Source of the DNA: a virus | Taxonomy: Duplodnaviria > Heunggongvirae > Uroviricota > Caudoviricetes | DNA: 42,950 nt | Strand: one strand, 5' to 3' | IMG/VR virus record: IMGVR_UViG_2870479586_000005 | Shown here: one piece after another, positions 1 to 10,801 of the stretch | Numbering within the stretch: position 1 is the first letter of the stretch | Layout: each line of letters opens with the position of its first letter | The notes under the pieces: model-generated | Database searches by the model: none | The model's input: the letters and a program-made list of their open reading frames with translations, nothing else | What the model was told of the DNA's origin: nothing | Position numbers and translations under genes: made by a program

Positions 1-1044
1 TTACTCCAGAGACAGCCGAACCGAAAAACCGTTTTCAGCGAGCGTCAGACTCAGTGTGTTGATAGTCCAGTCCCGGTCCTCCTCGGTCCCGAATCCTTGA
101 GTTGTGACTTTGCATTCTGCTGTCAGCGACACTAAATCGAGCGTCGCTGGCGTCGTGTACGTCATAGAGAACTCTTTTTTAGCTGCACCGCCCTTGAGCC
201 CTGGTGCAGCTTCTTTCGCTGCGTCGAGCGACGGCTCAACTGCCGGCCATTCAATGACAGGATCGCCGCCACTACCTGTCCGCAATTCTTTGATCTGCCC
301 AGTTGCTGTGTCGTGATATTTAATCAGATACGTCGGTTCCGGATTTTCGCCACCGCTACCACTATCGCCACTTTGTCCATTTCTCGAATAGCCCCAGCTG
401 GAGTTATCACGACGAGTTAGCGTGTAGTGCTGGAGCGGAGCACCGCTAACAGATTCGCCCGCGCCGCGCGGCAGGAATATCCAGTACCCGCCCGCGGGTT
501 TACTCACCGCATCGAATCTCGTTGCGAGCCGCGACATCAGGTGCATATCTGACTCGCCGACCTGATCGAGTTGCGTGATAACATTGTCTGCAAACCGCTT
601 TGATACGCGTGGTTTTAGCCCATTATCGCTCGCTATTGTCGCAACGATATCGCTGACAGTGACGTCGCTCCAGGAACGAGTCTTTTTGCTCTGAACTGTC
701 GGAGATCCTTTTGCTGCGTTCATCGGAGCCGCTTTTGCTGTGAAATCAACTACCCGGGGTTCACCGCCACTGCTAGCACCGTCAACGATGTATATCCCTT
801 TATCAATTATCTGATTACCGAAACCGAGCCCAATACTGATTTTTACTCCGCGGGCCGGAATTTTCAGAGTTTCAGAAACTATTGCTACGCGGAGTTCGTC
901 TGTCTGTTTACTGGAGCCGCCGTAATCTGTCAGCGTGATATTGATCAAACCTTTTCTTATTTTATCCGTGATGTTTTTATTATCAGCAGATATATAAAAA
1001 TTAGGTTTCCACGCCTCCACGCCAGTATTTACGTAATCACTCAT
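1..1044 (-). CDS. phage tail protein D (P2 gpD-like, late control D family)
   Basis: 347-aa ORF with stop at window edge; terminal position of a P2-type tail module after U and X; family assigned from recalled resemblance only. Confidence 0.55.
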   Translation of the reverse strand: MSDYVNTGVEAWKPNFYISADNKNITDKIRKGLINITLTDYGGSSKQTDELRVAIVSETLKIPARGVKISIGLGFGNQIIDKGIYIVDGASSGGEPRVVDFTAKAAPMNAAKGSPTVQSKKTRSWSDVTVSDIVATIASDNGLKPRVSKRFADNVITQLDQVGESDMHLMSRLATRFDAVSKPAGGYWIFLPRGAGESVSGAPLQHYTLTRRDNSSWGYSRNGQSGDSGSGGENPEPTYLIKYHDTATGQIKELRTGSGGDPVIEWPAVEPSLDAAKEAAPGLKGGAAKKEFSMTYTTPATLDLVSLTAECKVTTQGFGTEEDRDWTINTLSLTLAENGFSVRLSLE

Positions 1045-1047
1045 TCA

Positions 1048-1272
1048 TCAATCCCATAATTGCGTTTCTTTTTTAACCGGCTCTGGTTCGATATCTGGTA
1101 AAACAATTTTTTCTCCAGCACGAAACACGGCACACATATCCGTTACGCCGTAATTCGAAACCTGATATAAAACAGTCTCTGTCGTTTTTGACGCTCTCCC
1201 GTAGACCGCAAGGCAGATCTGATCGAGACGGTCACCGTCCCGTGTAGTGTATGTAATCATTTGGGGCCCCAT
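1048..1272 (-). CDS. phage tail protein X (gpX-like, LysM-like)
   Basis: 74-aa ORF; GDRLDQICLAVYGR...ETVL...LPD...LWD pattern recalls P2 gpX; sits between U and D. Confidence 0.7.
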   Translation of the reverse strand: MGPQMITYTTRDGDRLDQICLAVYGRASKTTETVLYQVSNYGVTDMCAVFRAGEKIVLPDIEPEPVKKETQLWD

Positions 1273-1432
1273 TAATTAAAAGGATTTCATAATGAGAATT
1301 AATTTTAGTAGTCGGAGAGGTATTAGTATTTCGGCGTCAAAAAAAATACCATCAGGTTGTTTTACATTTATGTTCGTAGTTTTTTTATTATTTTTATACT
1401 TGTTAAGTGCTCTGGTAGCGCTTGATTTTGTA

Positions 1433-1861
1433 TTAATCTAGCGAAGCTCCATAATATTCGAGCGTGAGTGAAAAGTCCTGCGATTTAGGTGTTCCGCCCA
1501 TCAAAAAGCTGTTTTGCGTTTCAGTTAGTTCTCGCAGCACCCAGTACCCTTTCACCTCCCCGGTCCCCAGCACTAGCTGCTGGGGTTCTCCCGTGTTCCC
1601 GAGCGCTCGCAAATCTGTCAACAGGCCGACGCCGCACCCGTCAAGAAATAAAGCGTTTATCTTTCCATCGATAGTAATTGTGGGGTTCGGTCGTCCGGTT
1701 ATCTGCAACGCGTCGTTTTTCCCGAATCGTGTTTGCTGAGCCCAGCGCCAGGCGTCACTACGTTGCAGTTTGTTGTACGCTACTGTTGATATAGCAAAAA
1801 TGAAATCACCCAGGCCGAGCATGATATCCTCAGCACCGTTTATTGCATCACTCATTGTCAC
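1433..1861 (-). CDS. phage tail protein U (gpU-like)
   Basis: 142-aa ORF; LQRSDAWRWA...FLDG...DFSLTL pattern recalls P2 gpU; immediately downstream of the tape measure. Confidence 0.75.
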   Translation of the reverse strand: MTMSDAINGAEDIMLGLGDFIFAISTVAYNKLQRSDAWRWAQQTRFGKNDALQITGRPNPTITIDGKINALFLDGCGVGLLTDLRALGNTGEPQQLVLGTGEVKGYWVLRELTETQNSFLMGGTPKSQDFSLTLEYYGASLD

Positions 1862-3496
1862 CCCGCCGCCGCTGGTTTATCAAACATCGCGCCACGATTG
1901 TACGAACTCGCAGCCTGTCTCAGTCCATCGAGCACCCCCGACGCTGCAGATTGTTGTATTGACTGCGGATCTGTCGCACCGACAATATTGATTTCGATTT
2001 TATTGTTTTGCTCCGGCGCAGGTGTCGAGACTGCCTGCTTCAACGTATCAATATTTAACGTCGACGAATCCAGTGCTGCAGGCGCGGTATTTTTATTTAC
2101 CATCCCGGATAATGGATTAACAAACGCGAGCATTGATTCTGCCTGAGATTTTGCCTGTTCTTGCCGTTCTGGATGCCGCATATTTTCGACAGCCTCTTCG
2201 GCTTTTGCCTTCGCAATATTATCAGCAGTCAATCCAGCGTTCGGTGAATATTTACCTCCCGAATCCATAAACTCTTGATATGCCCGATTATATTCGTCAT
2301 TATAAGTTTTCTGTTCTTCATCTGATTTTTCATCCGGAATAAGCCACTCCAGTTTCTTTACGACAGCCCATATAATCTTCCCGAATTTGACGCAACCTTC
2401 TCCAAAATTGACGATGCCATCCCACATTTTTTTCATATTTTCTGGTTTTACCCACTCAGTAATTGTGCTGACAAAACCACCCTGATTATCCTTAAACCAG
2501 GATGTAAATGTTTCACGTACTGAGTCAAACGTCGGCGCGAGTTCCCCCCGATTTTACCGAGTGTATCTGCAAGTCCCGACGTAATAGAGCCCCACAGATT
2601 TGTCACTGATACATGCGCACGCGCCGCCCCTTCCGCACCCTCTTTTGTTAACAAATTCGACTTTTGCGCGTCAGACATTGTCTGTTCCCAGCTTTTACCC
2701 GTCGCCTTCATATACGTCATGATCTTATTAGCCTCGCCCCCATGAGCTGGTCAGCGAGGCTCGCCGCTTGCTTCTCATCTTTCATTTCAGAGATGCGACG
2801 CATAACCTCATTAAACTGTTTTTCCCGATCCCAGCCAGCCATTCGTTTTTTCGTCAGGCCAATTTGAAATAACATGGGATTCAGGCTTTTTTCGTTTCCG
2901 ATTTCGCCGATTTTATTTGTAAGTTCTTCAGACAAATCCCCGATATTTTCGCCGTTCAGGCCCGCGGCTTTACCAATATTTTCCCACGCAGCGTATTTTT
3001 CGACGCCAACGCCGTAGGACTTCGCCAGACCGAGTTTTTCTGACGTCTCTGCATTCATTGCCAGCGAACCAGCTGCAGCACCGCCAATGAGCCCTGCCGC
3101 GCCAAGTGTCCCCCATTTGATACCCCGCCCCGTAGCCCTCACCGCACCTGCGGCGGCTCGTCCGCCCCATTTTGCAGCTCCTTTTGCGCGACCCGTCCAC
3201 TTCTCCAGCCGCTGTTTTTTAGCAAGTTGAGTATTCAGCGCCTCCTGGTCCTGCGTTGTCGCTTTTATCCGACGGTCCAGCTTTTGATACTGAGCAGATA
3301 AATCAGAAACGTCTTTACCTGCCAGTTTCATTGCTGCGATTTTGTCTTTTAATTTATCCTGACTTTTCGTTAATTTCCCGACAGTAGACGACGTCTGCCG
3401 AATCGCATCATTGAGTTCTGTTGTACCGCGACGAAACGACGGGTCTATTCGCCCACCGAATACAACCTGCGTTTTAAAGTTTTGAGAAATAGCCAT
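1858..3496 (-). CDS. tail tape measure protein (gpT-like), interrupted by two apparent 1-nt frameshifts
   Basis: Three consecutive minus-strand ORFs (2717-3496, 2448-2720, 1858-2436) with coiled-coil, Gly/Ala-rich tape-measure character; frames rejoin if one base is added in the C5 run at 2737-2741 and in the C6 run at 2544-2549. Confidence 0.7.
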
Positions 3497-3604
3497 CGAT
3501 TTTCATGACCTCGTTTACATAGAAATTAAAAACCCGGTACGGCAGGTCCATTTGCGTATCGGGCGGGATGGCAAGTTTTTTCGCAATAAACGGAATCAGA
3601 ATAA

Positions 3605-3886
3605 CTATATCTGATGTCGGTCTTTCGGGGGCTTTACCAGTTCGTTAAACGCGGCCTCCATTTGATCGTAATCGCACGCAGGCAGTGCATATAAATCCTC
3701 ACGCTCCAGATTTGCCAGGCGCGCCAGCATTGTCGCTGTCCGCTCTTCAAGACCACTTTTATCGTTACTGAACATAATGCGGTCGCGTAATTTTGGTTCG
3801 CGAATAGTAATTGTATCGCGGCTCTCACCCTTAATAATAAACGGGCGAGAGAGCGTAATAGTCATACTGTCTAATAATGATTCCAT
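3605..3886 (-). CDS. tail assembly chaperone (gpE-like)
   Basis: 93-aa ORF between tube and tape measure genes, the conserved chaperone position; no in-frame slippery heptamer found for an E-prime product. Confidence 0.45.
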   Translation of the reverse strand: MESLLDSMTITLSRPFIIKGESRDTITIREPKLRDRIMFSNDKSGLEERTATMLARLANLEREDLYALPACDYDQMEAAFNELVKPPKDRHQI

Positions 3887-3898
3887 TTTATTTGCCTT

Positions 3899-4411
3899 TT
3901 AATATACATGGAGAATACGAGCAACGCCCGCAAGAACGTCAACACCATTAATTACTCGTTTCATTTTTGCAGGATGAATCTCGTAAATAACTTTTCCATT
4001 TTGAACTCGTTTATAATAGCTCGGCGCAATCGTTACTGATTGCCCAACTGCTGATTTTGAATCAGTCCCCTGCGCGTCATCAGTAATCGCCGTAATAAGC
4101 CCCTCATATGTATCAATACGTTCAAAATTGACACCGTAATTGTCAGTATATGCACTTCGAATTTCGAACCTTGTTTTAGCACCTGGTATTAATCCAAAAT
4201 ACCCCATCACACCAGAATCGGAGCCAGAGACTTTAAAACTGGCTGACATTTTCTCCATCCCCCCATCCAGAGTGATAGCTGTATCCATCGCGCCTGTTTT
4301 AAACTCGTCTTCGATTATTTTCATATCGACTGGAGTATATTCAGTACAATTTAAAACCCGTTCGCCCTGCACGAATAGCGCAAACGCGCGGTAAGCGTTG
4401 CTGTCTGACAT
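3899..4411 (-). CDS. contractile tail tube protein (P2 FII-like)
   Basis: 170-aa ORF directly downstream of the sheath gene; C-terminal INGVDVLAG recalls P2 FII. Confidence 0.7.
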   Translation of the reverse strand: MSDSNAYRAFALFVQGERVLNCTEYTPVDMKIIEDEFKTGAMDTAITLDGGMEKMSASFKVSGSDSGVMGYFGLIPGAKTRFEIRSAYTDNYGVNFERIDTYEGLITAITDDAQGTDSKSAVGQSVTIAPSYYKRVQNGKVIYEIHPAKMKRVINGVDVLAGVARILHVY

Positions 4412-4428
4412 ATTTAATCTCCGAATTA

Positions 4429-5930
4429 TCAGGCTGCTTCTTTAAAAAGGGAGGCCAGTGCTTCAACTGTATAGTCATTATTAATGCGGTACATTAACGT
4501 AATTGTTTGTGCCGGAGATTTCGGACCAAAATCAACATTAATATAAAGATTACCCGCAGCCAGGCTTTCTTTTGTATTCAGCTCACTGTCTAACCACGCA
4601 CGCCCTCCGTTAATCGCACCCTGCTCCTCTAATTTGTGCAGATATGCGTTTATCGACTCGACAACGTCTGTTCCGAGGTGCAGGTCTATCGGACGATCAA
4701 TAAAATCGGTCATCATTGCCCGGGCTATAGAATCCTCAATTACGTCAGCTGTTCGACGAACGCTCTCGAAAGACCATTGCGGGCTGAGGCTGCACAAATA
4801 GTTACCCCAGTGTCTGAACCCGTCATAGCGAATAATCGTGCTGACCTGGCTGGCATTCAGCAGGTTCGCTGTGCAGTTTGTCTCACCAATAATAAAATCG
4901 TCGACTTGTTCAAGCCCTGTAACTCCGTAGATATTCTGGTTCGATTTACTCCACCAGAATCCTTTTTCATTATCAATTCGGGCTCGTAAACCAGCAGCGA
5001 TAGCTGAATACGGACGAGATAACCCACTGACATCACTCGTAGAATAAACGCGAGGTCGCAACAACTCAGCGCGTCCGCCGAGTTTTTGCCTGCGATTCAC
5101 AACGTCTGCAGGGGTAGCAGCGCGCGGAGAGTCGATATAACACACTCCCCGGAGTTTATTTGCAACCACTTCAAGCTGAGCCGCTATTTCGTCTCGTGCG
5201 CTGTAATCCGGCGCTATAATAATTCGCGGGGTAACTTCGTTAATTTGCGCTGACGTCAAAAGCGAATTAATTCCGGCGATAACATTTTCGCTCATATCAG
5301 CGTCGTCGCTACTCTCTACAACGCGAACAACAACGATTAATGCATCAGTCTGATTTAAAATATCAGAAATAGCGGGGGGCAGAGTCCCGTATTTCCCGAG
5401 CAGGGCGGCTTTCTTCTGACTACCTGCAATTAATACAGGAGAATTAATCGGGAATGCGTCATCCGTTCCACCTGATAAATTTGTAGGTGGAAGACCAAAT
5501 ACTGTACCGGTTCCGGAATGCTCGCCACCAAAAGTTACATTAATCCACTCTCCGTCTGTTTTCCCCTCTCTATATTCCTGATTCTGATCATACATTTTGC
5601 CGGGGTCATTCCCGGCTCCGTAATCATCGTTAATTTTTTTGTTCCGTCGGGCAGCGTGCTATATCCTGGAGTGCAGGTTGCGCCCTCAACTGTCATATCT
5701 ACAATTTCAACAACCCATTTATTCCCGTCGCTGCCCGGTGATACAGTTGAAAACTCAACGAGATTATCAGCCAGCGATGAGCCCCACGTTAATGATGCTC
5801 TCGTAGCCTCCGCGACGTTCGTCGCAGTACCAACAATCCCAATCACGGAAATATCTACTGTGTTGATCTCTTTTGTGCCGTCGTCGTATTCGAGCGTGCG
5901 AATACCGTGCAAAAAATTAGTTACGCTCAT
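4429..5930 (-). CDS. contractile tail sheath protein (P2 FI-like), split across two frames at a T7/A7 run
   Basis: ORF 5535-5930 begins with a sheath-like N-terminus (MSVTNFLHGIRTLEYDDGTKEINTVDISVIGIVGTA); ORF 4429-5595 carries the rest (FPINSPVLIAG...IIRYDGFRHWGN...LYINVDF); frames join with one extra base in the run at 5634-5640. Confidence 0.75.
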
Positions 5931-6316
5931 TTTATTCCTTCTCTATTTTCACCAATTCGCGTCGCTATTGCTTCTTTAAGCTCGGCCAAGTTTTCGATTT
6001 GCGCGTCAGATGCGGTTCCGGCATCTACTGCACACTGAATTGAGAATGCCTCAATTGACAGATCGCCAACAGTCCGTAATGTAGTCTGGAGTTTTTGCGT
6101 CTGCTCTTTTTTTACAAATTTAGAAATGCTCCCATAATCCCCGCTCAGCGCTCTTTCATATAAAACCCTACCGTGTTCCTCGCAATCATTTTTCATTGCG
6201 GTGAATGGAATGTCGTTTCCAATCCCGTCAATATCGCAAATAATATTTATAGATAACCCATGCTCGTCATTAAAAACAGGGTTTGTTATTTTTCTAAATG
6301 AATCAACACTTATCAT
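5927..6316 (-). CDS. tail fiber assembly chaperone (gpG/Tfa-like)
   Basis: 129-aa ORF immediately downstream of the tail fiber gene with 1-nt overlap. Confidence 0.5.
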   Translation of the reverse strand: MISVDSFRKITNPVFNDEHGLSINIICDIDGIGNDIPFTAMKNDCEEHGRVLYERALSGDYGSISKFVKKEQTQKLQTTLRTVGDLSIEAFSIQCAVDAGTASDAQIENLAELKEAIATRIGENREGIK

Positions 6317-7500
6317 TACGCAATCCTAATAGCTAAAAAACAGGCAGTCCCAATATCACCGACTCCACCTGGTGAATACGCCATAGCTCGCCATGAGCCA
6401 ACAAGTGGTGTGTCATAAAATGGTTTTGTGGCAATATCCGTGTTATATGAACCGGTATTATTTATACTAGCGTAATATAAATCACCTCCAGCCCATATGG
6501 AGCCCGGGAGTATTTGGGGTGCATGATTAATAGCGACAAGCGCATAAGTATTAACCGCGCCAACAACACCTATTTCCGGTGATGGGTCCGGTGAAAGACT
6601 TATATCTATGTTGCCATTTTCATCCGGCGACTCCCCGTTAATCGTTTTAACCGGTTTAAGATTAGCCTCATTCCAGTATTTATACGTCCGTCCGCCACAC
6701 AGTAATACCAGGCCATCATAGTGAACTCCGCGTAATCTATAAAAAACCTTCTGATTGTTTTCTCCACGGGTCGAAAAATCTAAATAATCGCCCGACACAT
6801 CTGATAAACCAGCAAGTGAAAACAACGTCAAATCAGTGCCCGGTTTGTTTATATTTATTTGTTTTTTAGAGGATAAAACGTCTTCAAAAATCACATCATC
6901 TTTAAAAGTATTTGGATGAGTAAATGCATTACCCTTATCTCTATATGCAACGTCCCCATCTATACCAATATTTTTCCGCGCAGCCTGCTGAGCAGTATCA
7001 CCATTTGCGGAAATTTCAGATAAGTTTTTACTTATCTGCAAATATTTTTTGTCAGCTTCCTCGGGAGTTACGTAGTTGTCATATACTACAACATTAACCG
7101 TAGATGTGCTGGACACCGCGAGGGTGTATTTATACGTGATTGAAATCAGCGCGCCGTTGCTGTCCGTGGGTTTTAAAATATCCGGCGAACGCGCTACAGA
7201 GTACAGTTCACCTTTATCTGTCAGTATTCCCACTTCGCGGATAGTATAGCCGCCGGTTTCCGGTGGTACGTATAGCGTAAAAATAACCTGATTACCGCTA
7301 TTTTCTGACGATTTAATATCACCGCGATACGTCTCGTGAATTAATGCTGTTCGTGCAGGGTCTGGTGTTACATCGTCGTTTCCGTTCGCGTCACCGATAA
7401 CAAATTTGTTCAGCACCACTGGAACGCCTGACGCCAGGGCGGCGGCCTCGAGTTGTGCGCCACGGTCTGTCAGTACTGCGTAAATTTTATTTTCAGCCAT
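6316..7500 (-). CDS. tail fiber protein (gpH-like N-terminal domain)
   Basis: 394-aa ORF; N-terminus (RTALIHETYRGD...YTIREVGILTDKGELYSVA) recalls the conserved N-terminal domain of P2 H; follows baseplate gene I. Confidence 0.7.
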   Translation of the reverse strand: MAENKIYAVLTDRGAQLEAAALASGVPVVLNKFVIGDANGNDDVTPDPARTALIHETYRGDIKSSENSGNQVIFTLYVPPETGGYTIREVGILTDKGELYSVARSPDILKPTDSNGALISITYKYTLAVSSTSTVNVVVYDNYVTPEEADKKYLQISKNLSEISANGDTAQQAARKNIGIDGDVAYRDKGNAFTHPNTFKDDVIFEDVLSSKKQININKPGTDLTLFSLAGLSDVSGDYLDFSTRGENNQKVFYRLRGVHYDGLVLLCGGRTYKYWNEANLKPVKTINGESPDENGNIDISLSPDPSPEIGVVGAVNTYALVAINHAPQILPGSIWAGGDLYYASINNTGSYNTDIATKPFYDTPLVGSWRAMAYSPGGVGDIGTACFLAIRIA

Positions 7501-8119
7501 TTGGCCCTATCTCCACATTTAAACTAACAATTGGTGAGCCCGATATATATAGCCCGCCGTTAATTTTTACACCGCCGTCGCCGTCTGCTGGGACGTTTAC
7601 GCCTATTTTCGCGTAAGGTGTACCGGCTATAAAAAACTCACCATCGACACCCGTTTCGAAATTTATTTCCTTTAATAATGAACGACAATTTTTTGCATCA
7701 AATATTTGCGCTATAAATGTATTCAATAGCTCTAAATCTAACCCTATACTTTTTAGCAGATATATTTTAATTGCGAATGTATACGGGTCGTCCCTGGGCG
7801 TGGCTTCAAACCACTCTCTCATTTTGCTCTCAAATCCCACCGTTAATAATGCTCGTTCGACGGCACCACGCGTGCCGCGATGTTTATTTTGCCAGGCTGC
7901 GGCCTTAATAATTTCGCGTTTTTGCTGCTCGCTCCAGTCGGGGTTCCAGTAGGTGACCGCGTACTCCCACGCCAGCCACGGCAACAGATTTGCAGGGCAC
8001 AAATCGGGATTTTTAATAATTCGAATATCGCCAGGCAGATCGCCGACGTGAGATAAAACAACCTCAAGCGCCCTCTCAGGGGTTATTGCGTTCGGAGGCA
8101 GTACGCTTTGACTTGTCAT
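7493..8119 (-). CDS. baseplate/tail protein I (gpI-like)
   Basis: 208-aa ORF between J and the fiber gene, as in the P2 V-W-J-I-H order. Confidence 0.6.
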   Translation of the reverse strand: MTSQSVLPPNAITPERALEVVLSHVGDLPGDIRIIKNPDLCPANLLPWLAWEYAVTYWNPDWSEQQKREIIKAAAWQNKHRGTRGAVERALLTVGFESKMREWFEATPRDDPYTFAIKIYLLKSIGLDLELLNTFIAQIFDAKNCRSLLKEINFETGVDGEFFIAGTPYAKIGVNVPADGDGGVKINGGLYISGSPIVSLNVEIGPNG

Positions 8120-8121
8120 GG

Positions 8122-9042
8122 CTACCCCATTTGCACGCTGAGTTTGATTTCTGTGCAGTACGGAGCCTGTCCGACGCCAGCAATCACATCCTCTGTTGGC
8201 GATATCAGAATCACACGCTCCGTTCCGTCACGATGTATCGCGTCGTAAATTCCTGACAGGGCTGCTGTCGCCCCGATTTTATGTTGTGTAGCCACGTATA
8301 TAGCTAAATCGCTTTGAGCACCGTTGAGCAACACGTTCTGATCGGGACCGAGCCCCGCTACGATAACGGCTTCAACCCGGTAATTCAGGTTCGACGCAGG
8401 TTTTACAGTCACGAAATCAGTCAGCGGTCGAGTATCGTCAGGAGACAGGGCCGCATTCACTGTATTCAGTAGTGATTGAGGCGGAGTGCCGTCGCCGGTT
8501 CGCGACAAAACATACATATCGACGTATCCAGGCTGGGTCACCGGCGGGCCGTACGCCTGAGCTGACAGAACGTCGGGATCACTCGACAGCGCGAAATAGT
8601 TATAGGCGTTCGTACTGCCGGCAGTATTCCGCGCGTACCATGATAGCTGTATGCGATGACGATACTCGTCGTCACTCTCGTAAACCGCCTCAGTCGGAGG
8701 AATTGCGTCAGGATTAGCTGGCGTTATCAACAGCCGCAGGCAGTCAAAATTAGCGCCGATCTGGTCGAGGTCACTCCCTTTTGCAAACGCGAGCAATACA
8801 GCGAGCATCCCCTGATTTACCCGAGCTGTAATAATGATTTCTCTGTATGCAACTATTTCCAGCAGTTTAACGGCCGGGTCTGACTCCAGGAGTGCGTTAA
8901 ATTGTGGATATAATATCTGCAATTCTGACAGTAGACTGGATTTAACATCTGAAAATAATGGGGTTTTAACGAATGCTGGCGGCGGCAGCAGACTCATATC
9001 AATAGTTTTCACTATCGAATTCTGAACTGTTGATGTTATCAA
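8122..9042 (-). CDS. baseplate protein J (gpJ-like)
   Basis: 306-aa ORF following the W-like gene; size and position match P2 J. Confidence 0.75.
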   Translation of the reverse strand: MITSTVQNSIVKTIDMSLLPPPAFVKTPLFSDVKSSLLSELQILYPQFNALLESDPAVKLLEIVAYREIIITARVNQGMLAVLLAFAKGSDLDQIGANFDCLRLLITPANPDAIPPTEAVYESDDEYRHRIQLSWYARNTAGSTNAYNYFALSSDPDVLSAQAYGPPVTQPGYVDMYVLSRTGDGTPPQSLLNTVNAALSPDDTRPLTDFVTVKPASNLNYRVEAVIVAGLGPDQNVLLNGAQSDLAIYVATQHKIGATAALSGIYDAIHRDGTERVILISPTEDVIAGVGQAPYCTEIKLSVQMG

Positions 9043-9428
9043 AATATCAGTTCCATATTATTAAACTCTAATCGCTGTTGTGTTTCGATATCTGTTGCGA
9101 TAATTAATATTGTTATTTTCCCGATGTCCACTGCTAACACATTTATTCTGTCAATTCTGACGCGTGGTTCCCAGCGTGCTATTGCTCCTGCACTTTCCAT
9201 TATTATTCTCATAGCAAGCGACGGATCAGTGGGATTATCAACGAGGTCAAATAATTTGCTGCCGTATTCCGGCAACATTACACGGGTTCCCAGCGGGGTC
9301 GTTAAAATATCAACGATAGACTGACAAATGTGATCAGTCCCCGATAAAGGCTTACCGGTGTTACGGTCCATTCCAAGCATATTTACGCCATTGGTTGGTT
9401 CGGTTGTTGTGTTTCCCCGTTCGGACAT
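9039..9428 (-). CDS. baseplate wedge protein W (GPW/gp25-like)
   Basis: 129-aa ORF; LGMDRNTGKPLSG...SIVDILTTPLGTRVMLPEYGS...WEPRV recalls P2 gpW. Confidence 0.8.
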   Translation of the reverse strand: MSERGNTTTEPTNGVNMLGMDRNTGKPLSGTDHICQSIVDILTTPLGTRVMLPEYGSKLFDLVDNPTDPSLAMRIIMESAGAIARWEPRVRIDRINVLAVDIGKITILIIATDIETQQRLEFNNMELIF

Positions 9429-10299
9429 ATATGAGTGTGTCCGTTGTACGTTGTGCGGACCTCAGTCATTGTGCCTTGTCGGTCCTGCACCTCTTGCCCT
9501 GCTAACACACTACCGCGAGTTGTGATATTACCTGTTCCACCGTTATCTCCAGTGACAGAAATATCGTTACGGAATGTCGCTAATTTATCTACTACTAATG
9601 TCTCGGTAATATGCGTTGGACCAGCTAGTGTTATACCACCCGGAGCCCACGCGCTGATTGTTTGAGCTGTCAGCGATATTCTGTTCGCAGCAGTAACACT
9701 AACAGAACTCGTTGCTATAACGTTCACTAAATCAGCATGTGCGTTAATTGTATCTGTCGCTGTGACATTAATAATATCAGCGTCTGCGTTAATTAATTTC
9801 CCACCATGGATATTAACTACATTTTCGCTATTAATAGTAACATCTGCGCGTCCAAATATTTCTATTTCAGACTCACCGAGTATTTTTACCACGCCGTCCG
9901 GTACGCCCTGCCATGTCAGAGTGTGATTTTTTGTGTTATACGTCATCGTAGCCCCGTCACAGTATGCAGTGACATGATCATGGGGTCATTGCTTGGCGGA
10001 GCTTTGTCGTCAATGTGCAGCCCGAGCATAACTACACCGTTCCGCGTATCCCCACCCTCAGAAACAACAGTAACGGGATCGCCCACTGATGGTGCGCTCC
10101 AGTCGACGCGTTCTGAGGTGGCGTGAGTAAACCACTGCAGCCAGCCTGACTGGTGTTCGCCACCAAATGAGACTCGGCAGCGTGGAGGATTCATTTTAAC
10201 TGCAGCTATCGTGCCGCGTTTAACTGCGTCACGCAGCCTGCGCGCGTTCTCCGCTGCAGCATATTCATCGTCCGATTGGGCCATAATAGTCGCCCTCAT
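9383..10299 (-). CDS. baseplate hub/spike protein V (gpV-like), encoded as two ORFs
   Basis: ORF 9943-10299 resembles the gpV N-terminal region (CRVSFGG...WLQWFTHA...WSAPSVG); ORF 9383-9946 resembles the C-terminal spike (beta-helical repeats, HTH metal-site motif); junction is an ATGA overlap beside a G4 run at 9982-9985. Confidence 0.65.
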
Positions 10300-10801
10300 G
10301 TTCTGCGCCGATATCTGGTGCTATTCCGACGTATATATTTTTCAGGGTCCCCTGTGAGGGATAATCGAAAATATCTGGACCAACGCCTACAACCTGCGTG
10401 AACGACACGCACTGAACTGAATGCGAACCGACTGACTGCCCGTTTTTAATCCAGTCGCACGGTTCCGCGTCGCTGAATTTTGCCGGTTTAGTTCCGGGAC
10501 CGAACATTCGCCCATTGATCCAGCTCGTCATATAGAGCGCTGCATTCTGCGATTTCAGTCCGTACTGATCAGCTGCAAATTCACGCAGCAAATACAAATT
10601 ACACGACAGCTCGACTGACTGAATTGAGCCTGGAACCGATTCGTCACTCTGTGACCAGTTGCTGATTTCCAGGAACAGAGCTGGCGTTTCAAATCCAGCC
10701 GGAATTTCCGGATAAATTCCGAATGTTTTGATGAACGGTATTTGTAAAACCGCGCCTTTAACGCGATCAAGATATTCGTCAAATGCATCCAGTCCGCTCA
10801 T
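10265..10801 (-). CDS. hypothetical virion protein (possible tail completion protein)
   Basis: 178-aa ORF between head and baseplate genes; assignment by position only. Confidence 0.3.
   Translation of the reverse strand: MSGLDAFDEYLDRVKGAVLQIPFIKTFGIYPEIPAGFETPALFLEISNWSQSDESVPGSIQSVELSCNLYLLREFAADQYGLKSQNAALYMTSWINGRMFGPGTKPAKFSDAEPCDWIKNGQSVGSHSVQCVSFTQVVGVGPDIFDYPSQGTLKNIYVGIAPDIGAEHEGDYYGPIGR

Noticed and set aside
3497-3700. Programmed -1 frameshift producing an E-prime chaperone extension
   Set aside because: No XXXYYYZ slippery heptamer was found in frame near the 3' end of the chaperone ORF; the only AAAAAAC heptamer (about 3540) lies after the stop codon
3634-3828. 64-aa minus-strand ORF overlapping the chaperone gene in another frame
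   Set aside because: Fully embedded in the gpE-like ORF with Cys/Trp/Arg-rich composition and no start context; taken as frame noise
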